This document shows positions 24,155 to 34,358 of a DNA stretch of 64,000 nucleotides, one piece after another. This stretch comes from an uncultured Verrucomicrobiae bacterium. Its GTDB lineage: Bacteria; Verrucomicrobiota; Verrucomicrobiia; Chthoniobacterales; UBA10450. Both the position numbers and the translations under genes were made by a program. Under the pieces are notes generated by a model that saw only the letters and a list, made by a program, of their open reading frames with translations, was not told where the DNA came from and searched no databases. Position 1 is the stretch's first letter, and every line of letters starts with the position of its first letter. Location: positions 608,001 to 672,000 of the forward strand of contig CAWDGJ010000003.1 of assembly GCA_963801815.1 (NCBI GenBank). Direction: 5' to 3'.

Positions 24155-25252
24155 ATGATCATCGGCGTTCCCAAAGAAATTAAGGAACAGGAGCAGCGCG
24201 TCGCGTTGCTGCCGTCGGCGGCGGACCAACTGAAACGGCGCGGCCATTCGGTGGTGGTGCAAAAGAACGCGGGCGTCGGTTCCGGTTACTCGGATGACGA
24301 ATACAAAAAGGCCGACGCCGAGATCGTCGATTCCGCTGACGAGGTTTTTAAACGTGGAGAGCTGATCGTAAAAGTGAAGGAACCATTGCCAGCGGAGTTT
24401 CCGCTTTTGCGCAAGAACCAGATTCTTTTCACTTATCTTCACCTCGCGGCGAGCAAACCACTGACCGAAGCGTTGCTCAAATCGGGCGTCATTGGGATTG
24501 CTTACGAAACGATCCAGGTGAACGGCCGTCTGCCATTGCTCGAGCCGATGAGCGAGGTCGCCGGAAGAATGTCGGTGATGATGGGTGCGAGCTATCTCGC
24601 GAAACATTTCGGCGGCAGCGGCGTGTTGCTGGGCGGCGTGCCGGGCGTGCTGCCGGGGCGCGTTGTCGTGCTTGGCGGCGGAACCGCGGGCGTGAATGCG
24701 CTTCGGATGGCGCGAGGGCTTGAAGCGGACGTGACGATTCTCGACATCGACGTCGAGCGATTGCGCTTTCTCGACCTCGTGATGGACAACGTGCGCACTC
24801 AATTTTCTAACGAAGCAAACCTGTCCGATCTCATTCCCGATTGCGATCTTCTGATCGGCGCGGTGTTATTGCCGGGAGCGAAAGCGCCAAAGCTGATCAC
24901 GCGCGCGATGTTGCGGAAAATGAAACGCGGCAGCGTGTTCGTAGACATTGCAATCGACCAGGGCGGTTGCGCGGAGACTTCGCGACCGACCACGCACATC
25001 AATCCCGTTTACGTCGAAGAAGGTGTGACCCACTATTGCGTTGCCAACATGCCGGCGGCCTACGCACGGACTTCGACGCAGGCGCTCACGAATGTGACTT
25101 ATGGTTATATCCAATTGCTGGCTGACTGCGGGGCAAAAGAAGCGTGTTTGAAACAGCCGGCGCTTGCCGGTGGCATCAACACCCTCAATGGCAAGCTGAC
25201 CTGCCAGGCCGTTGCCGACGCCCACGGTTTGAAATACGAACCGCCGTTTTAA
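24155..25252 (+). CDS. ald: Alanine dehydrogenase
   Basis: MIIGVPKEIK, LFTYLHLAA, PMSEVAGR, DIAIDQGGC and HYCVANMP. Confidence 0.96.
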   Translation: MIIGVPKEIKEQEQRVALLPSAADQLKRRGHSVVVQKNAGVGSGYSDDEYKKADAEIVDSADEVFKRGELIVKVKEPLPAEFPLLRKNQILFTYLHLAASKPLTEALLKSGVIGIAYETIQVNGRLPLLEPMSEVAGRMSVMMGASYLAKHFGGSGVLLGGVPGVLPGRVVVLGGGTAGVNALRMARGLEADVTILDIDVERLRFLDLVMDNVRTQFSNEANLSDLIPDCDLLIGAVLLPGAKAPKLITRAMLRKMKRGSVFVDIAIDQGGCAETSRPTTHINPVYVEEGVTHYCVANMPAAYARTSTQALTNVTYGYIQLLADCGAKEACLKQPALAGGINTLNGKLTCQAVADAHGLKYEPPF

Positions 25253-25314
25253 GGTAATTGTCACAACCGCGGAGCGCGCTTGCTCCGAATCATGGTTAAC
25301 CGAGATTGGTGCTT

Positions 25315-25500
25315 ATGAAGAAATACATCTGCATTCTTGCCGGCGCCGCCTTGCTCGCGGCTTGCGAACAAAAAACTGAAACCGCCGCGCCCGCGTCGAG
25401 CCCGGCGAGTTCACCGGAAGCCACTACGGCGGTGGATACAAGCACGCCACCAACAGCAACGGATGCTGGTCCGCTCGCAACCCCCACACCGACGCCTTAA
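25315..25500 (+). CDS. Small Pro/Thr/Ala-rich lipoprotein
   Basis: MKKYICILAGAALLAAC lipobox followed by EQK. Confidence 0.75.
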   Translation: MKKYICILAGAALLAACEQKTETAAPASSPASSPEATTAVDTSTPPTATDAGPLATPTPTP

Positions 25501-25532
25501 ATAATTACGGCGCGCGGCCGTCAAAGCCTTAC

Positions 25533-25718
25533 ATGAAGAAATACATCTGCCTTTTAATGGGGGCCGCGCTGCTCGCAGCTTGTGAGCAAAAGGAAACGAC
25601 GGTCACGAATCCGCCGGTTGAAAAGAAGGACACCACAATTATCAAGGAATCGCCGGCGCCAGTTACCAAGACCGAAACCAAGACGGAGATTAACGTGCAC
25701 ACGTCGCCTTCTCCCTAA
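25533..25718 (+). CDS. Small lipoprotein, tandem paralogue of the previous gene
   Basis: MKKYICLLMGAALLAACEQK. Confidence 0.75.
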   Translation: MKKYICLLMGAALLAACEQKETTVTNPPVEKKDTTIIKESPAPVTKTETKTEINVHTSPSP

Positions 25719-25877
25719 CTCGGAGAAGTTTGAGCGTTCGCAAAGTCTTTCGTTCGCATCAGCGGGCGAAAGACTTTTGCTGTACGCGCATTGTAGTATC
25801 GACGCGCAAATAAGGTAGGGGCGATTCACCGAACCTACCTGATTGGCTACGCCGCTGTGTCCTGTTAGTAAAGCAGC

Positions 25878-26240
25878 ATCAACTCAAACAATCGTTTCGC
25901 ATTTCCGAAGAGTCGGCGGCTTACTCATTCCGTCGACTTCGAGTACATCAAAAAGCACGGTCGCATCGAACGCGGTCGCTTGCTGGTGCTAAGTTTCGTC
26001 TTTCATGAGGGAAACACCTTGCGAGCAGGATTTGTAACCTCTCGCACAATTGGTCGCGCGGTTGTCCGTAACCAGGTCCGGCGTCGTCTGCGCGAGATCG
26101 TGCGCAAATATCAGCACCAAATCACTGACGGGACCTGGATCGTAACCATCGCGCGTTCGAGCGCGGCGGCTGCGACTTATGGGCAGTTGGAAGGTGAGTG
26201 GTTGCGTCTGGCCAGACGCGCTTCTATTCTAAACGCTTAA
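25878..26240 (+). CDS. rnpA: Ribonuclease P protein component (start uncertain)
   Basis: In-frame [13 protein letters not shown]...[26 protein letters not shown] (RNR-type motif), directly upstream of yidD-yidC. Confidence 0.9.
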   Translation: MNSNNRFAFPKSRRLTHSVDFEYIKKHGRIERGRLLVLSFVFHEGNTLRAGFVTSRTIGRAVVRNQVRRRLREIVRKYQHQITDGTWIVTIARSSAAAATYGQLEGEWLRLARRASILNA

Positions 26241-26545
26241 TGCGCGGACTCATTCGCATTTGTATTAGGGCATATCAATTGACGATTTCGCCGTTACTGG
26301 TCGCGATCGGCGGGCCCGGCTCTGGATGCCGATTTCAGCCGACTTGTTCGGAATACTTTTTGCAGGCCATCGAATTGCACGGGACCGTGCGCGGATTTTT
26401 TTTGGGACTAAAACGAATCGCCCGATGTCATCCCTGGGGCGGCTCCGGTGAAGATCCTGTTCCTCGACATGTCGATCTTACCTGCCGTGCCGCCGGTCCG
26501 AGCCGGACTGGCATTTTGCGAAGACGAGCCAGGCGTTGCGCGTGA
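26240..26545 (+). CDS. yidD: Membrane protein insertion efficiency factor
   Basis: [17 protein letters not shown] and [17 protein letters not shown]. Confidence 0.93.
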   Translation: MRGLIRICIRAYQLTISPLLVAIGGPGSGCRFQPTCSEYFLQAIELHGTVRGFFLGLKRIARCHPWGGSGEDPVPRHVDLTCRAAGPSRTGILRRRARRCA

Positions 26546-26566
26546 TTCGAAGTCGCCAGGAATTTT

Positions 26567-28261
26567 ATGGATCGAACCGCGTGGATTGTCGTTACACTTT
26601 GCGTCATTGGATTGGTAGGGTGGGAGTGGTGGACTATCAAAAATGCCCCACCACGGCCGGTTGCGGTCGCCTCTCCAACTCCGGCGCCGGCGATTAACGC
26701 CAGCGCGACGCCGTCTTCGCCCGCGTCGGTCGTTCCTATCGCTACTCCCGCAACCGAAGCGGCTCCCGCATTCACAGAGAAAACGGAAGTGGTCCGGAAC
26801 GATGACGTTGAGCTGCACCTGACAAATCGCGGCGGCGGGATCAGCGAAGCCGTGTTGTTGAATCAACTCGGTCAGGGCGATCAACGCGTCGTTCTCAATT
26901 CGAAAGATCAAACACCAATCGGCGCAATCATCGATCAGCCGGCGTCGCCGAAGTTGGAAGAGTTCACCCTGGTTCGCGAGCCAGATGGCGGAGTCAGGTG
27001 TGAACGAAACGCAAACAACATCGCGATTCGAAAAAAGTTCTTCTTCCCGCCGAGCAAGGAGAAGAAAGACAACTTTCTTGCCGAGATGGATGTCGACGTT
27101 GCGAACGGCGGCCCGCAACCGTACTCGAACCCCGGCTATTTTGTCGCGCTTGGGGCTGCCGCGCCTATTCATCCCAAGGACTACTCATATTATACGCGGC
27201 TCGTTTGGTGCATCGATGGCAAGGCAAAAGGGGTCGACGTGAATTGGTTCGGCGGCGGCGGCGGTTTGTTTGGAATCGGCTCGCATGCTCCGCAGCCGTT
27301 CTATCAGCAAGATCTCGCCAATCCCGAATGGGCGGCGGTGAGCGATCAGTTTTTCACGACATTGATCGCGCCGTTGACCGCGAAAGGGAACGGAGTTTGG
27401 GGCCATCGTTTCGATATTTCGCCGGAACAAAAAATGTTTGGAATCGCCGGGGCGCTGCGAATGCCAGGTTTCCAACTACCACCGGGCCAGACTTATAGCG
27501 CGCGCTTCGAAATTTGGGCCGGACCGAAAATTTACCATCGTCTCGCTCGTCTCGACCACAACCAGGCCGAGATCATGGACTTTGGAATTTTCAAGATCGT
27601 GAGCCAGTTCTTGCTCAACTTCCTCAACTGGCTGCACGGTTTTCTCGGTTCCTACGGCTGGTCGATTCTCGCGCTCACCGCCGTCGTGAAAATTGTGCTG
27701 TGGCCGCTGCAGGGCAAGGCGAACAAGTCGATGCGCCGCATGTCGCTGCTCAATCCGAAAGTCCAGGAGTTGCGCGAAAAATACAAAGACGACCCGACGC
27801 GGATGAACCAGGAGGTGATGAAGCTGTACAAGGATTACGGAATCAACCCCGTCGGCGGCTGTTTGCCGATGATGATTCAAATCCCAATCTTCTTCGGATT
27901 GTTTAAAATGCTCGGCCAGGCCGTTGAACTCCGGAATTCGGCATTCCTTTGGGTGAAAGACTTGTCGCAACCGGACACGGTGGCGCATCTGTTCGGCGTG
28001 CCGATCAACGTGATCCCGCTGTGTATGGCCGCGACCCAAATCTGGTTGATGGCAATGACTCCAAAGACGGGAGACCCAACCCAACGCCGGGTGATGATGT
28101 TCACGCCGCTGATCTTTTTGTTTATCTGCTACAATTTTGCCGCGGCTCTGGCATTGTATTACACCACACAGAATCTTTTTAGTATCGTGCAATTCTATTA
28201 CAACAAACGACAACCGATACCGACGCTCGAGAAAGTCGCGCCGCCCGGGAAACGCAAGTGA
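26567..28261 (+). CDS. yidC: Membrane protein insertase YidC
   Basis: YGWSILALT, ELREKYKDDP and GINPVGGCLPMMIQIPIFFGLF. Confidence 0.97.
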   Translation: MDRTAWIVVTLCVIGLVGWEWWTIKNAPPRPVAVASPTPAPAINASATPSSPASVVPIATPATEAAPAFTEKTEVVRNDDVELHLTNRGGGISEAVLLNQLGQGDQRVVLNSKDQTPIGAIIDQPASPKLEEFTLVREPDGGVRCERNANNIAIRKKFFFPPSKEKKDNFLAEMDVDVANGGPQPYSNPGYFVALGAAAPIHPKDYSYYTRLVWCIDGKAKGVDVNWFGGGGGLFGIGSHAPQPFYQQDLANPEWAAVSDQFFTTLIAPLTAKGNGVWGHRFDISPEQKMFGIAGALRMPGFQLPPGQTYSARFEIWAGPKIYHRLARLDHNQAEIMDFGIFKIVSQFLLNFLNWLHGFLGSYGWSILALTAVVKIVLWPLQGKANKSMRRMSLLNPKVQELREKYKDDPTRMNQEVMKLYKDYGINPVGGCLPMMIQIPIFFGLFKMLGQAVELRNSAFLWVKDLSQPDTVAHLFGVPINVIPLCMAATQIWLMAMTPKTGDPTQRRVMMFTPLIFLFICYNFAAALALYYTTQNLFSIVQFYYNKRQPIPTLEKVAPPGKRK

Positions 28262-28749
28262 TGACGCCGAAAGAATTACTCGACACCATCCTCGGCTATC
28301 TCGGCTTTGTCGTGGAGATCGAAGAATCGCAAAACGAGGCCGGCAACCAGGTCCTGCAAATTTACAGCGAGGAAAGTCGGCGGCTGATTGGCCGGGACGG
28401 CGAAACGCTCGAAGCGATCCAGTTTTTGTTGAACCGGCTGCTTCAGGCGAAAAACAAGGACGCGCCGAAAGTAGTGGTCGATTGTGAAATGTACCGCTCG
28501 ATGCGCGAAGACCGCATCGTGCAACGAGTGCGCAATTTGGCGGAACGGGTCCGCGCTACCGGAAAATCACTTCAGCTCGAGCCGATGAATTCTTATGAGC
28601 GCCGCATCGTGCACAATGCATTTAAGGACGACCCGGACATTGCGACCTGGAGCCCGTCCGATTCTGCACGCATCAAACAGATCACCTTGCTGAAGCGCCA
28701 TCCGAAAAACGAAAACACGCAGAAAGAACCCGCGCAAAAGGAGGTGTAG
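28258..28749 (+). CDS. jag: Jag/KhpB-like KH-R3H RNA-binding protein (short form)
   Basis: LIGRDGETLEAIQFL (KH) and LEPMNSYERRIVH (R3H), directly after yidC. Confidence 0.85.
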   Translation: MMTPKELLDTILGYLGFVVEIEESQNEAGNQVLQIYSEESRRLIGRDGETLEAIQFLLNRLLQAKNKDAPKVVVDCEMYRSMREDRIVQRVRNLAERVRATGKSLQLEPMNSYERRIVHNAFKDDPDIATWSPSDSARIKQITLLKRHPKNENTQKEPAQKEV

Positions 28750-28801
28750 CCACGGCCCTGTGGGCCGTTGATTTGGGACGTGCCGCAGGCACGTGGCTAC
28801 A
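28745..28801. repeat. GTAG-type REP doublet
   Basis: tgtagccacggccctgtgggccgt...gacgtgccgcaggcacgtggctaca. Confidence 0.7.
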
Positions 28802-28805
28802 ATTA

Positions 28806-29972
28806 TCAACCGCCGAATCGCGCAGCTTCTTTGGTGACGCCGGACTTCACTTCCGGACGCCAGCGAAATTTTTTCAGAATCGGATTTGGTTTCGCTTCGA
28901 CTGCGTCCGCGATGATTTCTCCCAGGACCGGCGCGAACTTAAACCCATGCCCACAATCTCCTGTGGCAATAATCAGGTTCGGACGTTTCGGATCTGGAGC
29001 GATCCAGAAATCGCCATCGTTCGTGTCGCAATACATGCAGATCCGGGTGTGGACGATTGGCGCGTCAGCGAGCGACGGAATGGTCGATCTCAAAAACGCG
29101 CTCAATTCACTTTCTTCCTCGCCAGTCATTACGCGCTCGCTGGAGTCGGGCGACATTTCGCGACCAGCCCCGTGGTTCGCGATCTTCACAACGCCCCGGT
29201 TCAGTGGGAATCCGTAATAGCCCGTCGTTGAAATGTCCGCGCCGAAAAATGGAAAGCGTTCCGGCAGAAAGAGCTCTGGCTCAGCCGGCTTTAAATGAAA
29301 AACCGGATGTCCGGTCGCGCGGAGAAATGTTTTTGTGGACGGCAATAAGTATGGCGTCCATGCACCCGCCGCGATCACAACCGCGTCGCCGTCGATGCGA
29401 TTTCCATCTTCGAGCAGAACTCCTTCGACAGAATTGTTGCCTTCGTCGCACCCGGTAACCTTCGCGTTCTCGCGCAATTCGATGCCTAACGATTTAGCGT
29501 AATCAACTAACGTCGCGACGACGTGGCCGCTTTCCGCGTAACCTGCTTCGGGATCAAAAAATCCGTCGTGAAATCGCTCGGGAGCAAATGCCGGAAAGCG
29601 TTGATGGAATTTTGTCGAATCGAACCGATCGAATCGATGTCCGTGTTTTTCAAAAACGCGCGCGCTCTCATACTCAAAATCGCCGGCACGCATCGGCTGA
29701 CGGCAAATGAACAGCACGCCGGTCTCGTGATAGAGCTCGGTCCCGAATTTTTTGTTCCATTCCCGCCAAACTGGAATGCTGCGCTCGGCCAGCGTTGTGT
29801 AGTCCTCGTCCGGTCCGTAAGCAGCGCGGACGGCTTTACTGATGTCGGTCGAAGCGGCGAGCGGATGGGGCAGGGGACCGGGGTCGACGAGGACAACTTT
29901 GTGCCCGCGATTTTTTAACTCGATCGCGGAAGTAACCCCGTTAATCCCTGCACCGACAACGATTATCTTCAA
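28806..29972 (-). CDS. FAD-dependent amine oxidoreductase (sarcosine/fructosyl-amino acid oxidase-like)
   Basis: IIVVGAGING FAD motif, ASTDISK, CMYCDTNDGDF and GHGFKFAPVLG. Confidence 0.85.
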   Translation of the reverse strand: MKIIVVGAGINGVTSAIELKNRGHKVVLVDPGPLPHPLAASTDISKAVRAAYGPDEDYTTLAERSIPVWREWNKKFGTELYHETGVLFICRQPMRAGDFEYESARVFEKHGHRFDRFDSTKFHQRFPAFAPERFHDGFFDPEAGYAESGHVVATLVDYAKSLGIELRENAKVTGCDEGNNSVEGVLLEDGNRIDGDAVVIAAGAWTPYLLPSTKTFLRATGHPVFHLKPAEPELFLPERFPFFGADISTTGYYGFPLNRGVVKIANHGAGREMSPDSSERVMTGEEESELSAFLRSTIPSLADAPIVHTRICMYCDTNDGDFWIAPDPKRPNLIIATGDCGHGFKFAPVLGEIIADAVEAKPNPILKKFRWRPEVKSGVTKEAARFGG

Positions 29973-31690
29973 CGATCAGTCGCGAGATGGTTGGAGTTTA
30001 CGGTCTCCGCGGCCGCCGTCCGATACTGCCGAATGCGCTTCAATTCCTCGCGCGGAGCGTCCGATTTGGCAGTTTGTGTGGCCAATTTCGTATAACATTC
30101 CTGCGCGCGTGCTTTATCGCCCGTTTGTTCCGCGGCCAGCGCCGCACCGTACAACCCTCGGAATCGACCGGGATAAATTTTGAGGGCTGCTTGAAATGCT
30201 TCCGCCGCTTCCGCCGGCCGGCCGCGTTCCAACAAGAGATCCCCGAGTTGCTCGCGGATCGGAACAAGCGCCCCGGGCGACACAGGATGTTTACCAAGAA
30301 TGTCTTCCGAATCGGCGGCGTGACGCAGCATCTCAATCGCTTCGTCTTTCTTGCCTTCAGCGCAGGCGATCCAAGCCGAGGCGGCCTGGGTTTGCAATTC
30401 CAGGTGCCGCTTAAAGTAATCGAACTTTGCTTCCTTTGTGGCGTCGCGGAGTTGCTGCATCCGCGCAATTGCCTTGCGCGCGCCATCCAAATCGCCCGTG
30501 TGCGCACGACCGAGCGCGTGAGCGTATTCAATCAACGCTTCCATGAATGGAAATGATGCCCAATGGGGAACTTTCGGAATCTCTAATGCCGCCGCGCTGC
30601 GCCAATCGTTGCGTTCCAATGCGTAACGTGAAGGAATTGCCGCGAGCGCGTATGCCGCACTGAATTCCATTTCCGGGTTTGTCTTTCGAACCTTTGCTGC
30701 CAAATCGACAATTTCCTTGGCTTTGGCATCCTCCGCCTTCTGCAGATAGGAGTAGGCCAGGTAGTCGAGTGCGTGTAATTCTTCCGCCTCCGTGGCATCA
30801 CGGTGGCGCATTGTCGCGTAACTGCGCGACGCTTCAGCCGAAGATCGATTTGAAGCGATGGACTCGTCCCACATTCCTAAACGCGTGAAAATGTGTGAGG
30901 GCATGTGCAGCGCGTGCGGGACCCAGGGAGCGATAGACCCATATGCACGGGCGGCGTTTAAACCGCGTTCGGCGAGCGCCGGAAAGTCGTAACAGTGGAT
31001 CAAGTAATGAACGACGCCCGGATGATTCGGGTTCTCCTTCCACAACTTCTCGAGCAACGCTGCGGCTTCCAATTGTTTGGACAAAGTCGTGTCGGTGGGC
31101 GTTGCGTAACCGACCGCCAGTACGGCGAAAGCGTAAAACGTCTCAACTTCGAAGTCGTTCGGATATTTTTCGTAGAGTTGTCTCATCGCTTTTTCGTAGG
31201 CGACGACGCGGTCTCGCGGCCCAACCGGACCGTGACACGATTGTCCAACTTGAGACGACACGGAGCTGTCCGCGGTGTTGTAATACACGTTCAAGGCGTT
31301 GATAAATCTCTGTTCGCGATCCGTTTTCGCTCCGATTTTCATCGCCTGTTCAATCGCGGCTTTGCCCGCCCTCATTTCGTCGGGATTCGGCGGCGTCCAG
31401 ATTGGATGCCACCAAGTCATTGCGATTCCCCACTGCGCCATCGCGCATTTAGGGTCTTGCTCGGCGACAGAAGTAAAAGCGCGTCGGGCTTCTTCGTAAA
31501 AAAACGAGTGGAGAAGTGCGATACCCCGAGTGAACTCCGGTTGCGCTGTTGTTGCGCAGGTCACTGGGAAATCGACTTTGCCGGCTCCGCGCAAGTCCCC
31601 AGGGGTAGGAACCGATGCGCTTTGAACAATGCCAACACTAATTATGAATAGCGCAATGATTACTCGGGCCGCACGCGATCGAAGCACCAC
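29969..31690 (-). CDS. Exported tetratricopeptide-repeat protein
   Basis: Signal peptide, helical TPR-like repeats, HPGVVHYLIH and PHALHMPSHIF. Confidence 0.75.
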   Translation of the reverse strand: MVLRSRAARVIIALFIISVGIVQSASVPTPGDLRGAGKVDFPVTCATTAQPEFTRGIALLHSFFYEEARRAFTSVAEQDPKCAMAQWGIAMTWWHPIWTPPNPDEMRAGKAAIEQAMKIGAKTDREQRFINALNVYYNTADSSVSSQVGQSCHGPVGPRDRVVAYEKAMRQLYEKYPNDFEVETFYAFAVLAVGYATPTDTTLSKQLEAAALLEKLWKENPNHPGVVHYLIHCYDFPALAERGLNAARAYGSIAPWVPHALHMPSHIFTRLGMWDESIASNRSSAEASRSYATMRHRDATEAEELHALDYLAYSYLQKAEDAKAKEIVDLAAKVRKTNPEMEFSAAYALAAIPSRYALERNDWRSAAALEIPKVPHWASFPFMEALIEYAHALGRAHTGDLDGARKAIARMQQLRDATKEAKFDYFKRHLELQTQAASAWIACAEGKKDEAIEMLRHAADSEDILGKHPVSPGALVPIREQLGDLLLERGRPAEAAEAFQAALKIYPGRFRGLYGAALAAEQTGDKARAQECYTKLATQTAKSDAPREELKRIRQYRTAAAETVNSNHLATDR

Positions 31691-31710
31691 TTAAAATCTC
31701 ACGCCTGCGG

Positions 31711-32706
31711 TTAGTCGGCAAACCGGAAAACAATCTTGCCGCTACGCTTGCTCCGCATCGCGTGGGCAACGGCGTCTTTTGCCTCATCGATCGAATACGT
31801 CTTCTCGATCTTCATTTTCAATAAACCGCGTTTGGCCATGTCGAAGAGCGGATTAAAAGCCGCCATCCGCTCTGCCATCGTCGCATTGTCATACCAATGG
31901 TTGATCCAGATTCCGCGAAAGCGGAGGTCTTTAAAAATCAGAAGCCCGGTCGGAATCTTCAGTGGCTGCAAACTCATCGCGCCAAAGCTGACCAGCGTTC
32001 CGCCGAACGCCAGGCAATTCGATAATCGCAACGCGCTGTCGCCGCCCACGGAGTTCAATCCCAGGCGAATGGGCGCGCCGTGCGTCGCGGCTTTCACTGC
32101 GTCGCGCAATTTTTCGTCGCCGACCAATACCGCGTCGCCGCCTTCGCGCTGCAGTTCGTCGATCAACTCCGGGCGCCGGACCACATTCACCGTTTTGAAA
32201 CCGAGCTCGCGCGCGATTTGAATCACTGCGCGCCCGACCGCCGAATTGGCCGCGTTTTGAATCACCCAATCGCCCCGCCCAAGATCGACATAGTCGTGCA
32301 GCAGTCGCCACGCTGTCATCGGATTGATTTTTAACATCGCCGCGGAGACTGGATCGATTTCCGGCGGAACGGCGACTAGATCGTTCGCCTTTACTGCGAC
32401 CGCTTCACGCCAGGTTCCGATGTTGTGCGGCAAGATTACCAGCGCGCCTTTTCTGATGGTTGAAACATCCGCACCGGTTTCCACCACGATGCCCGCGCCT
32501 TCGAATCCCGGAACCGCGGGCACTTCGCGCCGGGCCGGATATTTTCCCTCGATCGCGTTGATGTCGGCGGGGTTGACCGGCGCGGCGAGCATCTGGACGA
32601 CGGCTTCGCCCGCGGCCGGGCTCGGCCACGGCTCGGTCTTAATTTGCAAGACTTCCACCGGATTTCCGTGCGTTTCGTAAACGACGACTTTAATAGTCTT
32701 GGTCAT
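31711..32706 (-). CDS. MDR-family 2-enoyl thioester reductase (Etr1/MECR-like)
   Basis: AAPVNPADINAIEGKY, PGFEG, INPMTAW and IQNAANSAVGRAVIQ. Confidence 0.85.
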   Translation of the reverse strand: MTKTIKVVVYETHGNPVEVLQIKTEPWPSPAAGEAVVQMLAAPVNPADINAIEGKYPARREVPAVPGFEGAGIVVETGADVSTIRKGALVILPHNIGTWREAVAVKANDLVAVPPEIDPVSAAMLKINPMTAWRLLHDYVDLGRGDWVIQNAANSAVGRAVIQIARELGFKTVNVVRRPELIDELQREGGDAVLVGDEKLRDAVKAATHGAPIRLGLNSVGGDSALRLSNCLAFGGTLVSFGAMSLQPLKIPTGLLIFKDLRFRGIWINHWYDNATMAERMAAFNPLFDMAKRGLLKMKIEKTYSIDEAKDAVAHAMRSKRSGKIVFRFAD

Positions 32707-32709
32707 TCG

Positions 32710-33615
32710 ATGAATTCGGCGACGCATCCTCAGCCCGCGATGGCCAATCTGCAAACCGGCGCGCGAGTCGCGCTTCTCGGTCTCGTCGTTAATATCGTAC
32801 TGGCCGCGATCAAAATCGCTGCCGGTCTTTTGGGCAACGCCTACGTCTTGATTGCCGATGGAATTGAGTCCGCGTTGGACGTCGGCGGCTCGGTTATCAT
32901 TTGGGGCGCGCTAAAATTCGCAGCCCGCCCGCCGGATGCAACGCATCCTTATGGACATGGAAAGGCGGAGCCGTTTGCGGCGATTGTGGTGTCAGTCGGT
33001 GTGCTGGCGGCCGCGCTCGGTCTTGCTATCTCCAGCGTGCACGAACTTTTTCTTCCACATCACACGCCAGCGCCCTACACGCTGCTCGTTCTGATCGTGG
33101 CCGTCGTTATCAAGGAGATTATGTATCGCTACGTTGTCCGGTTCGGCCGAAACGCGGACAGTACCGCGATTCAAACCGACGCCTGGCATCATCGAACGGA
33201 CGCTATGACGTCGGTCGCCGCCTTCATTGGAATTTCGGTCGCGCTGATCGGCGGCGACGCGTGGCAAAACGCGGATGATTGGGCGGCGCTGTTCGCCTGC
33301 GCGTTGATCGGCGCAAACGGTTATCGGCTGCTTCGTCCCGCGCTCTACGAAATTCTCGACACTGCGCCGCGCGGTGAAATTGTCGATCGCGTCCGCGGTG
33401 CGGCCCGCTCAGTTTCGGGCGTGGTCGAGATTGAAAAACCGATCATTCGCAAAATGGGACTCAGCTTTTATGTCGATCTTCACGTGAAAGTGAACGGTGA
33501 GATTTCGGTGCGCGACGGTCATCACATCGCCCACCAGGTGAAACGCGCGATTCGAGACAGCGATCGGCGCATTGTCGACGTTCTCGTTCACATCGAGCCG
33601 GCGGTGAATCTGTAG
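32710..33615 (+). CDS. Cation diffusion facilitator transporter (start 32710 or 32740)
   Basis: PPDATHPYGHGKAE, DAWHHRTD and DVLVHIEP. Confidence 0.93.
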   Translation: MNSATHPQPAMANLQTGARVALLGLVVNIVLAAIKIAAGLLGNAYVLIADGIESALDVGGSVIIWGALKFAARPPDATHPYGHGKAEPFAAIVVSVGVLAAALGLAISSVHELFLPHHTPAPYTLLVLIVAVVIKEIMYRYVVRFGRNADSTAIQTDAWHHRTDAMTSVAAFIGISVALIGGDAWQNADDWAALFACALIGANGYRLLRPALYEILDTAPRGEIVDRVRGAARSVSGVVEIEKPIIRKMGLSFYVDLHVKVNGEISVRDGHHIAHQVKRAIRDSDRRIVDVLVHIEPAVNL

Positions 33616-33673
33616 GGGACACTGTTAGCGTCCCGCCTTTCTCTAGGTCGGGAAGCAAACTGCTTCCCCTACA
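33611..33673. repeat. REP-like doublet between convergent genes
   Basis: tgtaggggacactgttagcgtccc...gggaagcaaactgcttcccctaca. Confidence 0.65.
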
Positions 33674-34358
33674 GTTCTCGAATCAACGCAACGAGCGCAC
33701 CGGTTAAGGCCGCGCGAACCTGGGCGATTCTCTGTCCGAATCGCAAAAGCGGGCCAATCGAGCCGGGATGTCTTAATATATAAGAGAGCAAACGGCTATA
33801 ACGCGTTCGCTGTCTTTCGATATCGAACAAGATGTCGGACGGCGCCGGAAACGGATCGTTGAGTGTGTCGGTTATCGCACGTAACGAAAGTAACGGCATG
33901 CCGTGCGCTTTGCAGATCGCCAGGATCGCGCCGGTTTCCATGTCGACCGCGGCCGCGCCGGACCCACGGGCAATTTCATTTCGCTGGGAGATCGAATCGA
34001 TGATCGATGAAGATGTGAAAAGTTTTATCGGAGTGGCTTTACGATCGCGCAAAATCTCCCTGGCCAACCCGAGCAAACTGGGGTCGGAGAAATTCTCCGC
34101 CAGGATCAAATCACCAATCTGCAACTGCTGGTTGATCGCCCCGGCGAACCCGGAGGCGATCACAAATTGTGGTCGAGCCTTATGCAGAAGAATTTCAAGT
34201 CGCTGATTGCAATTTTCCGAACCGACCCCGGTGTGGACAACGGCGACATCGCGGTCGCCAATCTGTCCGAAAAGCAAACCATCGACCGTCTCGACTTGCC
34301 GTAGTTGCCGGACCAAATCCGAACTCTCTGCCGGCAGCGCAAATGTGATTCCAATCAT
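33669..34358 (-). CDS. Nucleoside phosphorylase/MTA-SAH nucleosidase fold protein (HpnG-like possible)
   Basis: HTGVG, SGFAGA, AVDMETGA and LRAITD. Confidence 0.75.
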   Translation of the reverse strand: MIGITFALPAESSDLVRQLRQVETVDGLLFGQIGDRDVAVVHTGVGSENCNQRLEILLHKARPQFVIASGFAGAINQQLQIGDLILAENFSDPSLLGLAREILRDRKATPIKLFTSSSIIDSISQRNEIARGSGAAAVDMETGAILAICKAHGMPLLSLRAITDTLNDPFPAPSDILFDIERQRTRYSRLLSYILRHPGSIGPLLRFGQRIAQVRAALTGALVALIREL

